64,000 nt of DNA. Source: Lobosporangium transversale. Its lineage: Eukaryota. Under the pieces are notes generated by a model. That model had not been told where the DNA came from. It saw nothing but the letters and a program-made list of their open reading frames with translations, and did no database searches. The number at the start of each line of letters is the position of its first letter. The stretch's first letter is position 1. Positions 1-12,402 of this stretch are shown here, piece after piece. The DNA lies in contig NW_019028982.1 in the NCBI RefSeq assembly GCF_002105155.1, positions 1-64,000 of the forward strand, read 5' to 3'. The position numbers and the translations under genes are program-made.

Positions 1-985
1 CTCACGAGCACTTCTATTACTTTACCCATCCAAAGTGCTTGCTGTGGAAGAAGAAGAGGAGTTTACGCCACTAAAAACTAAGTTCATGCTAACCTTTTGA
101 ATGAGTCAAGCACGAAAATTAACTTTGGAGTAGAGGCATTTATAAGCATGCCTGGTGACCCAAATGCACTTACTAATAGGAGGGATACGTATCCCCAGCA
201 TGATGCGTCAGTACACGATCTCTAATGGCGCGTTCTCCCTGCCTTCTCCAAAAGAGCGTCGATAGTTCCTCATGCACATTTTGGTCATAGTCATGTTTGT
301 AGGAGGCTTTGGTTTGGCTCTGTGGGCCACAAAAGATGTGATTGGACACGGAGCTTCCACAGGGACTAGCAGATAGGAGCCTTCATAATAAAGCCCCAGC
401 ATAGCATTGCATGTCTTGGCTGTGATTTGAGATGATGAAAGACTCTTTTTTGGGGCTTATGCTCCGCCTTGATTGCATAGTATTTAATGATTATATTTAA
501 GGATTTGTATGTCTAGTTTTTGCTTTGTTCATGCCATATAAATGTATAAAAGACCCTGTTTTCCCTCTTCCCGAATCCCTATATCGCACTTCAAACAGGC
601 GCTTGGACGCTGCTCAGCATAGTTTTTTAGACCGATCTGATTGAAAGCCAGATCTAGTGTCGAATGGTGTTGAGCTCGATGATGAGTTAGTTGAAAGGCT
701 GCTCTAGATTCGCGAGCAACCAGGTGGAGGCGCAATAATCAGACCATCTCCACGTGGTACGCCCTGGGCTTCCTGCTCATCTGCAGACAGGCGAAGAGTC
801 TGGTACTCTCTTATACTTTAATATTTATTTAAACGTCCTATTCTCTTACTCTGAAAAGTTAACCAGGCAAATATACCAGGTTAAATTGCGTGCTTGACTC
901 ATTCAGAAAGTCTGCATGAACTTAAATTCCTCCACAGCAAGCGCTTTTCTTGGATGGATTAAGTGCATAAAGAGGTGCTCATGAG
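1..985. repeat. Diverged inverted repeat pair (arms ~1-157 and ~858-985); left arm probably runs off the window
   Basis: The reverse complement of 1-123 (…cgtgcttgactcattcaaaaggttagcatgaactta…ccacagcaagcactttggatgg…gtgctcgtgag) aligns with 881-985 (…cgtgcttgactcattcagaaagtctgcatgaactta…ccacagcaagcgcttttcttggatgg…gtgctcatgag), with indels. Confidence 0.8.
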
Positions 986-1229
986 GGTATTGGTTGGGAG
1001 TTATTGAGTGATCATGCTGCAACTATGGGTAGAACGTCTGGCGCGCTTTTTCTAGACATATGTATGGGGTATAAGGTATAGAAGATGGAAATGCCTGAAG
1101 CCAAGAAACAAACCTCCCGTCATCATTTTGGAGAGCCGTCTCTTCCTCCTTTCATTAATACTAAGACTAACATTCCAACCCGAAGCACTTTATTATTTCT
1201 TTCTATTTACTAGTGCCATGTGATGGCTT

Positions 1230-3641
1230 TTATTTTGTAAGCCCAAGATCCTTAGCAATCATTGTCGCAGCAATAGGATGGTAGAATGATTTATGTTTGA
1301 GGAACGTCTCTCGTGCAAGTTCTGCGCCGTCCTTGGCCCTATGCAAAGAGCTTTTGTGGGAGCAGGAGGTTTAACTTATTAACTTTTTTTAAAAAAATAA
1401 AAATAAAAAATAAAAGTCATAATGTCTGTTCTTACCGAAGCAATGGCCTTGCAAATTTCATACGACCCATGGTTGATGCAAATTGAACGACCTCAGGATA
1501 GATTTTTTTGTAATTTGCTTTGAGACAAAGTAGATGCCAGCGCAATCGAATCTCCGAATTCTTGACCAAAGTCAATTGATACAATCGATCCATCAAATCC
1601 AAATGCTCGTGGGAAAGAGGTTCTAGTTCACCAACCTTCTCCAGAAACACAACAGTTTGTGTGGATGAAAAGGTTTTAATGTCGACTGGGGAAAACCCTG
1701 TTTTTTCAGCTGTAACAGGCTGAGCAACATGACGTGACTCGTCCCACTTTTTAGATAGGCTAGTGCAAGCTCTTGCGAGCGTATCATCGAACATATTATC
1801 ATCTGGAGGCTAGAAAAAAAAAAAAAAAAAAAAAAGAATACTATATTAGGTCGACATAATTCATAGAAGACAACGGAATGCGTAATCCTCTCTCTTTTTT
1901 TTTACACTTCTTTTACCATGCCAGTGCCGGAAAGCCAGGCATCCCAGTTGACCTTGTTCAAAAGATCAACCTTCTCTTGACCAAAGTTTCCCTCCATAAA
2001 AGAATAAAGAAAAGCCTTCCAGTCGTTTGTATTGATTGATTGGCCTGCAAACTGTCGAACATGTGCCCGAAGATACGGCTCAAAAACTTCTGGTCCGCCT
2101 AAATGCTTCTCCAAGTAATAGAGCAAATTGAATCCTTTCTCTGTAATTTTACAAAATTTTGGAGATCGTTCCAAACAATGAACTAGTTAATATAAATCGT
2201 TCCTTTCACTCCTTTCAAATATGCACTCTACTACGTATATCGCCTTTCCTTAAAAATAAAAAAAAAAATTATAATAATAAAAATGAAAAAAAAAATACCA
2301 TATGGGACGCGTGAAAAGGCGTCGTCCGGATCCTCTCCACGCAAACAAGGACATAAAGCTGTAAAAGGATGACTGGAGCCGTAGAGCTCTACACTTTCTT
2401 GAAGTGCTTTATGCCCTAGGATAGCACTAAATTCGCTATGCTCTTTGCCCTTCATGCGTCCAATGATTTTGCGCTCTACAAAAACTGTGAATCCTTCATT
2501 CAGCCTATATGTGTTTTGCATTGCAACGTTGAAGAAATTAGCATAAAGGGGCGTCTTTTTTCCTTTTTTGCTTGATTTGGTCTGATTTGGTCTGATTTGG
2601 TCTAATTTGGTTACCAAAAATGCTCCCAGTTTTCGGTTGTGACCAGGTTTCCCGTCCAGCTATGTGCAATTTCATGAGCTACCACATCCACTAAGGAGCG
2701 ATCACCAGCCAAAAGCGAGGGCGTCACAAAAGTCAAGCAAGGATTCTCCATTCCACCATAAGGAAACGAGGCTGGCAGCACAAGCAAGTCATAACGACCC
2801 CAGCTATAAGGCGTCAATAGAGTCTCACCTGTTCGAATAAATTCCTCTGTGTCTATAAACTCCCAGGCTGCTGCTTCCAACACCTCGGGTTCTGTCCAGA
2901 CCATCGAACGGGGCCCAATTTCTCGGCCTTCCAGGTTTCCGACAGCAAGTGCTATCAAATACGATGGGATCCGTTGCTTTTGCTCAAACTTGTATGTAGT
3001 AATTGCTGCGGCTATAGTGGATGACTCACTTTGATGACACTTCTCTTCCCCTATGAGGACTGCAGACATGACCGCACGCAGTGGAGTAGTGATATTGGCG
3101 CTATAGGTGAGTTTGATAGAAGGGCTGTCCTGGCAAGGCAACAATGACCGTGCATGGATAGCTTGACATTGTGTAAAGAGGTATGGATACTTCTTGCCTA
3201 CTGTTTGGCTGGGCTCCAGCCATTGACAAGCACTGCAATACTGAGTAGTTGCGTATTCAATAATGACTTTGGTCTTGTTTCCTTTTTCAAGAGCCTTGCC
3301 CAGATTAATTATCAATGCCGAGCCATATTTTTCATTCCTACTACCCAACTCGAACTTAGAAAAAAAAGATCAATAATGTTCTTGTGACATTTCTAAATTA
3401 TTAAAATAAATATCGGCGAACATATGTTTACATTAAGCATCTTTTCGGCCGTAGAAACAGAACGGATGTCAATATGACTGGTATCAAGTACAATGTACGA
3501 GACTTGATCCGCTATAGCCTCGATGTCTAACTCTGCATTTCCAGATAAGACCTTGGTATTGAAGTCAACTGTTAGGTCGAGATGAATATGATTCGTCTTG
3601 ATCTCATTGAGGTTTGACTGAGAGGTTGGATCATATGGCAT
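1230..3641 (-). CDS. LTA4H: Leukotriene A4 hydrolase-like M1 zinc aminopeptidase (6 exons)
   Basis: GGMEN exopeptidase motif, HEIAH…W|LNEG zinc site, FSRVPYEKG and GRMKFARPL motifs. GT-AG exons: 3641-3432, 3354-2615, 2504-2299, 2140-1917, 1809-1436, 1350-1230. Confidence 0.95.
2571..2610. repeat. 10-bp tandem repeat (TCTGATTTGG) x4 in intron 2 of LTA4H
   Basis: cttgatttgg tctgatttgg tctgatttgg tctaatttgg read directly. Confidence 0.85.
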
Positions 3642-3920
3642 ACTGATTTGATCAAATGGAAAGGAAAGGGTATAATAAATATTTGTAGGAAGTCGAAGAG
3701 ATGGATGGTTGTGAAAGAACGAAAATTTATTTATCGTCTCGTGGGAAATCTTTTAAAATGCGCCAACTCAAATTCGGTGATGCATAAGATTTGCTTCTAC
3801 CTGGTATATGTGAATAGCGCGTAGGTTTTCTACGTGATGAACCATTTTTAGTCTAATGCAACTCAATTCCTTTATGTGAAGAAAAAAAAAAAAAAAAAAA
3901 AGTTGGCAAACGGTCCATCC

Positions 3921-5639
3921 CTAGGCCTCATCCTCGAAATGCGATACATAAAATGTTGGGAGAGATACCAAAGGCTGCGCAAACACGACCCCATTGGATA
4001 GAGTGAAAAATGTGCCCCACACCACCATCCTCAGTTGCAGTAGTGCTGCTGTCTCGCTTGAGATATGAATCGACCATTGCTCTTGCTCTTGCTTTGGCTT
4101 TTGCTCTTGCTGATCTAAATCGTCACTCTTCTCGTTGTCAATATCCATTTCTTCGAGAACCACTTCTACTGTCATCGCAGGCTCTGCTCCGGGTTCTCTC
4201 GTGGACTCCACCTTCTTCACAACCCTCGCATGTCTAAACCGCTTGCTCTTGAGCGTCACATGTGCTGTAGATATCTCCCCCATCACTTCCTTCATCATCT
4301 TGTTTGTGTTCATCGGCAGATGATCTGAACTGCCCTGACAAAACAAGATTGAACACGCATGATTGAAATCATCGGGCATTTTCGAGTTGAACCGGTGACA
4401 TGCGGGGGTTTCAGTCTTTGCAAGCGATGCTATCGCAAAGGCCTTTTCTAAATCTTCTTGGTACTCTGGAACGACCCTTCTAGCCAGCACATATTTGAGG
4501 AATGAGGCTATAATCTTGGGCGCCATCTCTACATATGTTATATCATTCCAAATGCTAGAGTTAATGATATAGGACGAGAGATATGATGCTGCCACGAACG
4601 AGAAGTCAATATCTTTTTCTTCCTTGGTGCCCTTGCTGTCGTTTCTAGGGTTGTTGGGGTCAGTGATATGCTCGTCCATCCCTCCATAACTAAAGTATGT
4701 ACTAAGGATCTGAGCTGACTTAGTGGTAAAATTACGCTCCTTTCGAAAATTTTCCATCGCTAGTCTAAATCTGCTGTCAGCACTTGTAGAGCTATCATAC
4801 ATACGGAAAATTAGTCTATAAACCATATGACAAACTCATGTAATGTGTAATGTAGGAAGTAATATCCTTTCTCAGCCAAAGAGACGTGACTTGATACTTA
4901 CGGATCATACAACTTATCTGTGATCGCTAGATCTAGCACTTCAATCTCAGCCTCATCATCTTCAACCTGCGGGTAGTTGCGCGCCTTTTTCTTGTTCGTT
5001 CTCTTCTTTTCGCCCTTGCGCTTACTCTCGTTGAGCGTCCCCGGCATTTCCTGGCCGTCAGGCATTTCCTGACTTTCGGGAGATGTTTCGAGGAGCGTTT
5101 CTAAGGTTCAGGAACACAATTTATAAAAAAAAATAGATGAATTTGTCTGATATTATGGTACACCCTACGAAAAAAAAAAAAAAAAAAAAAAAAAAAAGAT
5201 AAATAAAATAAAGAATAGTCTCACCCAATTGCTTCGGCTCCTCTTCGTTGCTATCATCATCAGGTCCGTCACTTGGCAGCTGGATGGGCTCATACCATTC
5301 AAGCTCGGTGTCATCTTCGTCGGGATCATCGCTGTTATACCACTCAATTGGGTCCTCGACGTATTCATCGCCATGATCTTGGTCAAGTTCAGAGTGAACC
5401 CAAGCGATATCTTCGTGATCATTCAAGCCTTCATCGTCCTCGGAGTCTGATAGGTTGTTTATTTCGAGGCTATCTATTGATTTCAAAAGCTCCTGTCGTA
5501 TACTCCTGAAAAAGGGTAAAAAAAATTATATTAATTAACCGGGAATGATAAACAATTGAACAGATGGAGGTATGCACGTCGTGTGAATTGTAGAATGGAT
5601 AACTTACTCGAGGAGTTCTTCATCCATCTCGAAGGTCAT
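3921..5639 (-). CDS. ARB1: Argonaute-binding protein Arb1-like (ARC complex subunit), 4 exons
   Basis: Spliced model 5639-5608, 5505-5225, 5100-4902, 4791-3921 stays in frame. It gives an acidic N-terminus, a basic patch, then LYDPSTSADSRFRLAMENFRKERNF…YFSYGG…DIDFSFVAASYLS…IIASFLKYVLARRVVPEY, which resembles the fungal Arb1 family from recall. Confidence 0.65.
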
Positions 5640-6157
5640 TATTAAGTTTTGAAGATAAAGGGAATGGAGAAATGAAACAAAGGTGGCAACAACCTCAAAA
5701 TGGAATAATCACGTGCTTAGCACAGCAATGTTTTAAATCCCTTCTTATTTCCTCCTTCAAAAGGGTAACTGACTAATTTAATCTGAGACGCGACAGATTG
5801 CCAATTTTAATTCATCCTCAAAGAAAAAAATGCTGTCAAATATGATTCAATAAACACAACACCTGGCTAGTTTCTCCAATACATAGCCCTATTGGTCCCA
5901 TAAGGCTCTCAAGATAGCCCAAATCACCTGCATAAAATAAGACATGAAACATCGATGAGATAAGATGTCTTAAGGCGATTTTCCGAAGAGGTTTGCAAAA
6001 CGCTGACGCTGATGGTGCGGAGACTGAATGTACTTTGCTCCTTTATCTTGCTTGCCTTCATTGTTTATCCACTTTCACTTCCTTCATCCTTTTGACCTTG
6101 TGCATTCTCATTGCTATTCTTTTGGGCCACTATCTACGTTCATTATCATAGCCGACC

Positions 6158-7051
6158 ATGGGATCTAGCCAAGCTATAACAACCACGGCTGCTAAAGCTA
6201 CAAATGAGTCCATCATTGTCGAAATTCCGTTACGCACTGGTGCCACTATAGCCAGTAATAACAAGACCTATAATGAGAACCATTTGGACCCCATTGATCC
6301 AAACTCCATGGAGCCGGCGCCAGAACTAGCGTTCTACGTCACCCCACCAGCGCCCTCATATTCCAACACACCATCCCATCACCAATCTACCTCTTCTGCA
6401 ACTTACCCCACTCGCAATCTTACTGGCGCTCTGCCAGGACCGAGGGCAAACATTACTGAGGTATCTCTCGGGCCTTCCACTACCTCAGCCTCTGAAGCTG
6501 CAGGAAAGTTGGTGCTTGATCCACCGATGGAAGTTCACACAGAGGTCAAAACACCGCTGCACACCATCTCTCTAAACACCGACAAGGACTTCTCATCTTT
6601 CACTATGTCCAGGAATAATGCCATCACATCTAGTGATTTTGTCTTGGAGAGTCCACGTCTGATCGAGATGCAGCGCTTCAGCGACCCTGCCTTGGATGCA
6701 GGTGCACTTAAGAGCACGACAGAGGCGTTCCGAACCAACAATGATGATTATGCCAACAACAACGCAAGTGACAATTCCTCTTCCTTTTTTTCTAACTTTT
6801 TTGCAATCCCACCATCATTAGCAGGCCGGCCACGCTTGTCGGAAGCTTCTGAAGAGTATGTGCGTCGAGAGTTCGAGCGAGGCCCAGTATCTTTAATGTG
6901 GTCTAAGCAGAGCTATGATGAAGGTTCAGCTCATTCTAGAGCGGTATCTTCTACTTCTTCTACTGCGTCTGATGGCTGGCTCAGCGGCTGGTGGAACAAG
7001 AGCAATCCCTCTGCGAAAGAGGGCAGAAGAGAAGAAGCGATGGCTCAATAA
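6158..7051 (+). CDS. Hypothetical protein, 297 aa, Ser/Thr/Pro-rich and likely disordered
   Basis: Single long ATG-started ORF after a pyrimidine-rich leader, followed by AT-rich 3' sequence. No recognised domain. Confidence 0.7.
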   Translation: MGSSQAITTTAAKATNESIIVEIPLRTGATIASNNKTYNENHLDPIDPNSMEPAPELAFYVTPPAPSYSNTPSHHQSTSSATYPTRNLTGALPGPRANITEVSLGPSTTSASEAAGKLVLDPPMEVHTEVKTPLHTISLNTDKDFSSFTMSRNNAITSSDFVLESPRLIEMQRFSDPALDAGALKSTTEAFRTNNDDYANNNASDNSSSFFSNFFAIPPSLAGRPRLSEASEEYVRREFERGPVSLMWSKQSYDEGSAHSRAVSSTSSTASDGWLSGWWNKSNPSAKEGRREEAMAQ

Positions 7052-7364
7052 TGGTGCCAATTAAAGTCGTGAACGAACTTTATTATAGACTTATAAAACG
7101 AATAAAATTTTAATAGTAATGCTGCTTTGAAATTGCTGTATATTTATTAGAAGCTAGAAAGCAAAAGGTTACGAAAACATGCAGCATTGAACCCAGACCC
7201 ATGTCCTTGGAGGTAATGACGAACGTTCCCCACGGGATCACGTCAGTCGATTTCTAGCTGTTGAATCAAGATCCCAACTAGAGACTCGTACGGATGCCAT
7301 TTTTGATTAGTCTGCTATCAATCATAAAAGGTTTATTAAGTAATAGACTTATTCATATGTGTCT

Positions 7365-10300
7365 CTAATCCCAACCTAAAGGAAACCCACGATCTATGTA
7401 GGTCACCATGAAATCAAATCGTTGGCTTTCCTTCTCCTTCTCAGTCATCTTTCCACCGCCCGGCTTTTGCGCCATATGAGCGCCATCCTTACGGAGACAT
7501 ATCACGGTTTCTAGACCCTCCGTCCTAAGAATTTTATCTACTATGTTTTCATCCAATTGCAAGTAATGATTTCGGAGTTGTCTCAGCTTTAGCGCCACAG
7601 GATCTCGATCAAGATCCATCGTCTCTGGCAGTACAATTCCCTTCCTTTGTTGCATCTCAACCTTCTTTTTGGCCCCTCGCTCGGGAGATGTAGAAGATGG
7701 CATTGTATGGGCAGGAGGCCCTAGCTGTTCACGAAGTTGAACCGCACCTGCTTTCAATTGCTCCAGATCATAAAATCCGCTCACGCGCTTTAATGATGGC
7801 CAATTCCGACCCAGCCACTTCACTTCAGCTTCATTACGGAGACCATGTGGGCCAAGGAGACCTATGTTCAGCTCTACAAGGCTGTTCAGGGACGAAAGCT
7901 GATTCAAACCAGTGCTGATTGACAGCTCAATATACCGACGTGTACTCTTCTCATATCTATTTCCCAATCGCAGATGATGAGATCCCATACTACCCCATCT
8001 CGACTGATAGTGTACCATTTGTCGCCCACCATGCAACAACAAGCTTTCAAGACGTGTTAAATAGCTCAGCTGCCTGCAAGTTTTGATTTGTATCTGGCGA
8101 TCCTCCTCCTCCTCAGCCTCAGGCGAGGGCCCGGACTTCTTGTGCGTGGCATCAAATTCAATGGTGATAGCTAATGTTCGAAGCCGGAATGCGCATGCCC
8201 AGGGCCGACATTGTTCTGCGATTGACCGCGCGTTCACTGGGTAGGCCTCAACCTGAACTTTCTCCAGGTTCGGACAAGTAGAGAGCATATTCAGAAGAGC
8301 GTCGTAATAGATTGATTTCTCCACTTCTCGCGCGTACGCCCCTCGTCTATCCGTAATATTCAAGTCGCTACTTAAAGACAGATCGAGTGCTGTCAATGTG
8401 TCGCCACAGTGATGATTAAGTTTATGAAAGAACTGAGGGGTGACAGCATAAAGATCGGCTGCTATCAAGGACTTCAATCCTAATGATCTCGCTAGAGTCT
8501 GTTTCTGTTTATCTGAGTGGAGTCGACTGGACTGGAGGCGACCTGGCTTTGCAGCATCGTTCGCATGACCATAAGGTCCCCAGAGTTCACAGACAAACTC
8601 CAAGAACTTTTGATCGATCCCTTCGGGCCGACATCCCGAAAAATCAAAGGACTGAATCATTGGACAATGCACATGCAGTTGTCGCATGTTGCGATAAAGC
8701 TGAGGTGAGGCGTGCGATATACTTCCTATATCTATGTTACGGAGGCTTGCGTATGACATTTGACCCTGGAGCTCAAGTTGGTTATCATACCAGCTGTCGA
8801 AATCTTCGGAATCACCTGCATATGAACCGAGGCCTTCATGGCCCCAGTCTTCCCAATAGAACTCGCCTTCACTTCCATAGAAAGCATCATATTCATCATC
8901 GTAATAGCCGTCCTCATCAATCTCATCCTCGTCAATCTCGTCTTCATCTTCATGTTCAGACGGACCTCTTCCCTCACGTTCATCTTCAGACGTACCTCTA
9001 TCCTCATCTTCACCTTTAGATATCCCTTTATCTCTAATCATGTCGTTGTTATTGTTCTCCTCTTCACCGTCATCCCTGTGGACATCATAATGTTGCAAAG
9101 TCTTTTCAGGTTGACAAGTTGAAGCGTTGCTACTTGAGCTTTCGGTGACTGTACATGGCGTTTGCATATTTGATAAAGCTGTGATACTCAAGGTTAGGGG
9201 ACAGTGTCCAGGGCCATAATCAGTCGGATGGGGCTGAACGATTGTGGCTGTTGCAGTTGCATTATTTGTCTCCATTATACTAGTATTTGAGTTAGTGTTA
9301 TGGTTGGAAGTGATGTTGTTGCCTATATCAGGAGACTCGGTAGTCATAGCGTCCATCCCTACATCAACTTGATCGTCACCATTCTCTTCCTCATCTTCAT
9401 CTTCTGCTTCCTCTTCCTGCTCTATACTATCACCAACATCATCCATTTGGGACTCAAAGGCAGCGCCGAGAGGATCAAAAAAATCAGAATCCGGCTCCTC
9501 ATCATCAAGTCCAATACCATATGTGTAACCCAGAGAGAGCTCAGTCAACTCTGGCATAACTGCTGTCAAATCCAAGAGCGTCCTCATAGTGATGTTTGAT
9601 CGATCTAAATGCAGGCTTCTGATCTGCGTTAATGGATCCTCTGAGGGCCGTTGCGAACGATCCTCATCGTCACTCTTCCAATCGTTGTGAAAATCGGCTT
9701 GGCTCGCATCCCAATTAATACGCCATTGGCGCAATTCCCAAATTGGGTCCATAAATTCGTTCATCTCCAATGATAGTTTTTGAAGTCGAGGTAAAGATTT
9801 CAGCATAGTGCGTAAGCCTTCTCCATTCATGGCACTCCATTCTTCCATTGTCAATTCTTCTAATACTGGCATATCTCGGATGGACTTCTGGACAAGTGGA
9901 TCAATATCTAGACCAACACCAGTGAGCCAGAGCCTGCGTAACGTCTCCCTGTTGCTCTCCATGATTTTAAGAGCTGCACTTGCGTAATACTCATGTGAAT
10001 GATCAAGAGAGCTAGTGTTCTTGAAACTGGCTGTTGATCCTAGCGAAATAGAAGCCATTTCTCGACCGTACTTGATCCGGATGCGTTCCAGACGGCAACA
10101 GTCTAGTAACGTCTTAGTCAACATGCCTTTTTTGAGTTTAGGTTCTCCATTCGAATCGAAAGGAAAGCCCAGAAGATCCGCTGTCTCTTCTGTACTGCAT
10201 GGAAGAGAAAGTGTAAGGTCGCAAATCCGGTGGTAATAATCAGGAAACTGATCAAGAAATGATTTCGAAATGTAGCCATCAGCTTGAATCGTATGCCATA

Positions 10301-10457
10301 GCATGGGTCGAAAACATGACAACCAGATTTTGCAGACCATGGAAGCTTCAATCAACGACTCTCTGTCGACAAACTGAGCAATACGCGTCAGAATCTCTGG
10401 AGGTAGCAGCATAGCGCTAGATCCTATACTCTGTGTGCCAGCAGTAATGTCAGCCAT
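7365..10457 (-). CDS. F-box/LRR-like protein (1030 aa) with a large acidic insertion
   Basis: N-terminal F-box-like LPPEILTRIAQFV…ASMVCKIW…FRPMLWHTI; LRR-like LEELTM/LQKLSL/LTELSL repeats; C-terminal WAC…LRTL, QLSYLTRLESLLL, LSISTGLNQLSSL and WPSLKRV motifs. Confidence 0.8.
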   Translation of the reverse strand: MADITAGTQSIGSSAMLLPPEILTRIAQFVDRESLIEASMVCKIWLSCFRPMLWHTIQADGYISKSFLDQFPDYYHRICDLTLSLPCSTEETADLLGFPFDSNGEPKLKKGMLTKTLLDCCRLERIRIKYGREMASISLGSTASFKNTSSLDHSHEYYASAALKIMESNRETLRRLWLTGVGLDIDPLVQKSIRDMPVLEELTMEEWSAMNGEGLRTMLKSLPRLQKLSLEMNEFMDPIWELRQWRINWDASQADFHNDWKSDDEDRSQRPSEDPLTQIRSLHLDRSNITMRTLLDLTAVMPELTELSLGYTYGIGLDDEEPDSDFFDPLGAAFESQMDDVGDSIEQEEEAEDEDEEENGDDQVDVGMDAMTTESPDIGNNITSNHNTNSNTSIMETNNATATATIVQPHPTDYGPGHCPLTLSITALSNMQTPCTVTESSSSNASTCQPEKTLQHYDVHRDDGEEENNNNDMIRDKGISKGEDEDRGTSEDEREGRGPSEHEDEDEIDEDEIDEDGYYDDEYDAFYGSEGEFYWEDWGHEGLGSYAGDSEDFDSWYDNQLELQGQMSYASLRNIDIGSISHASPQLYRNMRQLHVHCPMIQSFDFSGCRPEGIDQKFLEFVCELWGPYGHANDAAKPGRLQSSRLHSDKQKQTLARSLGLKSLIAADLYAVTPQFFHKLNHHCGDTLTALDLSLSSDLNITDRRGAYAREVEKSIYYDALLNMLSTCPNLEKVQVEAYPVNARSIAEQCRPWACAFRLRTLAITIEFDATHKKSGPSPEAEEEEDRQIQIKTCRQLSYLTRLESLLLHGGRQMVHYQSRWGSMGSHHLRLGNRYEKSTRRYIELSISTGLNQLSSLNSLVELNIGLLGPHGLRNEAEVKWLGRNWPSLKRVSGFYDLEQLKAGAVQLREQLGPPAHTMPSSTSPERGAKKKVEMQQRKGIVLPETMDLDRDPVALKLRQLRNHYLQLDENIVDKILRTEGLETVICLRKDGAHMAQKPGGGKMTEKEKESQRFDFMVTYIDRGFPLGWD

Positions 10458-10848
10458 GGATTAGAAAATATAAGTGTGACAATTGGAATTGACAGTTAAA
10501 AATACAAAAAGAAATATTCACCAGGCTCAAGTAGCCACCTTTTAATTCTTTTAATTCCAAAACACACGCCCTTGGAGTAGAAAAACCAATCTGAATAATT
10601 GGAGGGTTTCATTCCAACAATGTCAAAAAAAAAAAAAAAAAAAAAAAAGTGCCATTTAGGGAAAAGATGCTTATATGGCGCAGCAGTTTATCTTCTTTGC
10701 GCGGAACTCTTGTTAAAAAAAAATAAAAGGCGATGCATCATAATGTAGTGTTGTGCCATCTGGAGCAGAACCTGTGGCAATTAATGAATGACACCATGGC
10801 TTTCTACTACTCAAAGTCTTCAGATTCAATCAAATATTTTCTGTTCTC

Positions 10849-12402
10849 ATGCATGCTCTCAACATTCCAGAAATCCTCGAGCTCATTGGTTGGTTTCTTC
10901 CATTATGGGGCGTCAACCATCACGGAGACAACGTCCTCTTACCCCATAATATGTTACCATGTCTCTCCGTATCCCGCAACTTTCGGCAGACGCTTCTCCC
11001 TATTTTCTGGTATACATTCGATGAAACTGCTATGTCACGGGTGCCTCTGTATCTCATCAAGAAATATACGCCCTTTATAAGGGCGGTGTATAACTTTGGC
11101 GCCCGAAAAGACTATCCGCTCCATGATCGCATCCCTCTAGCAAGTCTGGTCCTGTTGAGTACTACCATCAAGCCAATCAAAGGACTAAGTGCTAGTGTTG
11201 TGCAGGTTATCAAGTCCAACCCAACACTCAGGAGCATCAGCTGGGTGCACGACTTTGATCAACCGAGGACGTCTACAAAAGTAAACGAAGATGGAGGTTT
11301 AGACATGGACGATTCCACCATATTTGCAAACGCGCACCAACTGGAACGTTTATGTCTCATGAACTGCCATTGGGACTGGTATCTTTTGAACATTCATCGC
11401 TTAAGATGGTTGCTCCAGCCAATTACAGCAACACTCAAGTGTTTAACCGTTAAGAAAGCTCCTCCTCGCAACGGCATTTCGCCATTAACAGAAGAAGGTG
11501 ATGGACAAATAGACGAAGAGAAAGAAGATGAAGAAAAAGAAGGGGATGAAAAATATAGCCTCTTCTTTCCCAAGCTAGAGGAAATACATATCCCAAAGAT
11601 AGACCTAGTAGATCTTCGAGGAATAATAAGTCCCAAAGGTTGCCCAAACCTCCAAATCCTTATAACGGGTGCATCTTGGGAAAGCTTGCGTTTGTTCTTG
11701 CAAGAGCATCAGCAATGCCAGCTGAAGCAACAACAACAGCGGTGCAAAAAACTGGACCCACAAGGGTGGCCGCTTGAAGATTCACAACCAACTGTTACTG
11801 CGAATAACTATTACCAGCAGATCCGTAGCATCGGCTTCGCGGAGAGACAACGAGTTGAACGCAGTTTACAGGATATTGCGGAAATGCTACCTGACTCCCA
11901 CAGTCTTGACATTGACTTGTTCAAAATGATGCCCTATAGTACACCTAGGCACTTCCCGGTTCATACGATCCGGCATCTATCACTCTATCAAGACAGCTGG
12001 AATAGAACAGAACACTACATCCTATGGGACTTACTATCATCCAGCAGCCTACGATTGATGTCATTAAAGATTGGATACATGCAACGGTTCAATTTATTGA
12101 CCCTCCTGACTTCCACCGTGTGGGCCAATCCAGATGACTTGACCTCGTTGACTGTCAATGGAGCTCGCATGTGTTTCAAGAACATCTTGCTTGACTTACC
12201 CTTGCAGGAATATGACAAGGATGGCCACAATATCGCTGAAATATTAGCTGCACGAGTGCATTTTGGTTGGAAAGTACAAGGTGGGTTGATGCAACAAGGC
12301 TTAGATATCATGATGTCTGTGTTCAAAATGGCTAATGGTGGGTTCAGGGCCTTGAGAAGAATTGAACTTAACGGAAATGTATATCGAAAGTTGAATAAAT
12401 AA
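10849..12402 (+). CDS. F-box-like protein (517 aa), paralog of 17570-19141
   Basis: Intronless ORF with an ALNIPEILELIG…CLSVSRNFRQTLLPIFW F-box-like start and LRR-like segments. Confidence 0.8.
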   Translation: MHALNIPEILELIGWFLPLWGVNHHGDNVLLPHNMLPCLSVSRNFRQTLLPIFWYTFDETAMSRVPLYLIKKYTPFIRAVYNFGARKDYPLHDRIPLASLVLLSTTIKPIKGLSASVVQVIKSNPTLRSISWVHDFDQPRTSTKVNEDGGLDMDDSTIFANAHQLERLCLMNCHWDWYLLNIHRLRWLLQPITATLKCLTVKKAPPRNGISPLTEEGDGQIDEEKEDEEKEGDEKYSLFFPKLEEIHIPKIDLVDLRGIISPKGCPNLQILITGASWESLRLFLQEHQQCQLKQQQQRCKKLDPQGWPLEDSQPTVTANNYYQQIRSIGFAERQRVERSLQDIAEMLPDSHSLDIDLFKMMPYSTPRHFPVHTIRHLSLYQDSWNRTEHYILWDLLSSSSLRLMSLKIGYMQRFNLLTLLTSTVWANPDDLTSLTVNGARMCFKNILLDLPLQEYDKDGHNIAEILAARVHFGWKVQGGLMQQGLDIMMSVFKMANGGFRALRRIELNGNVYRKLNK

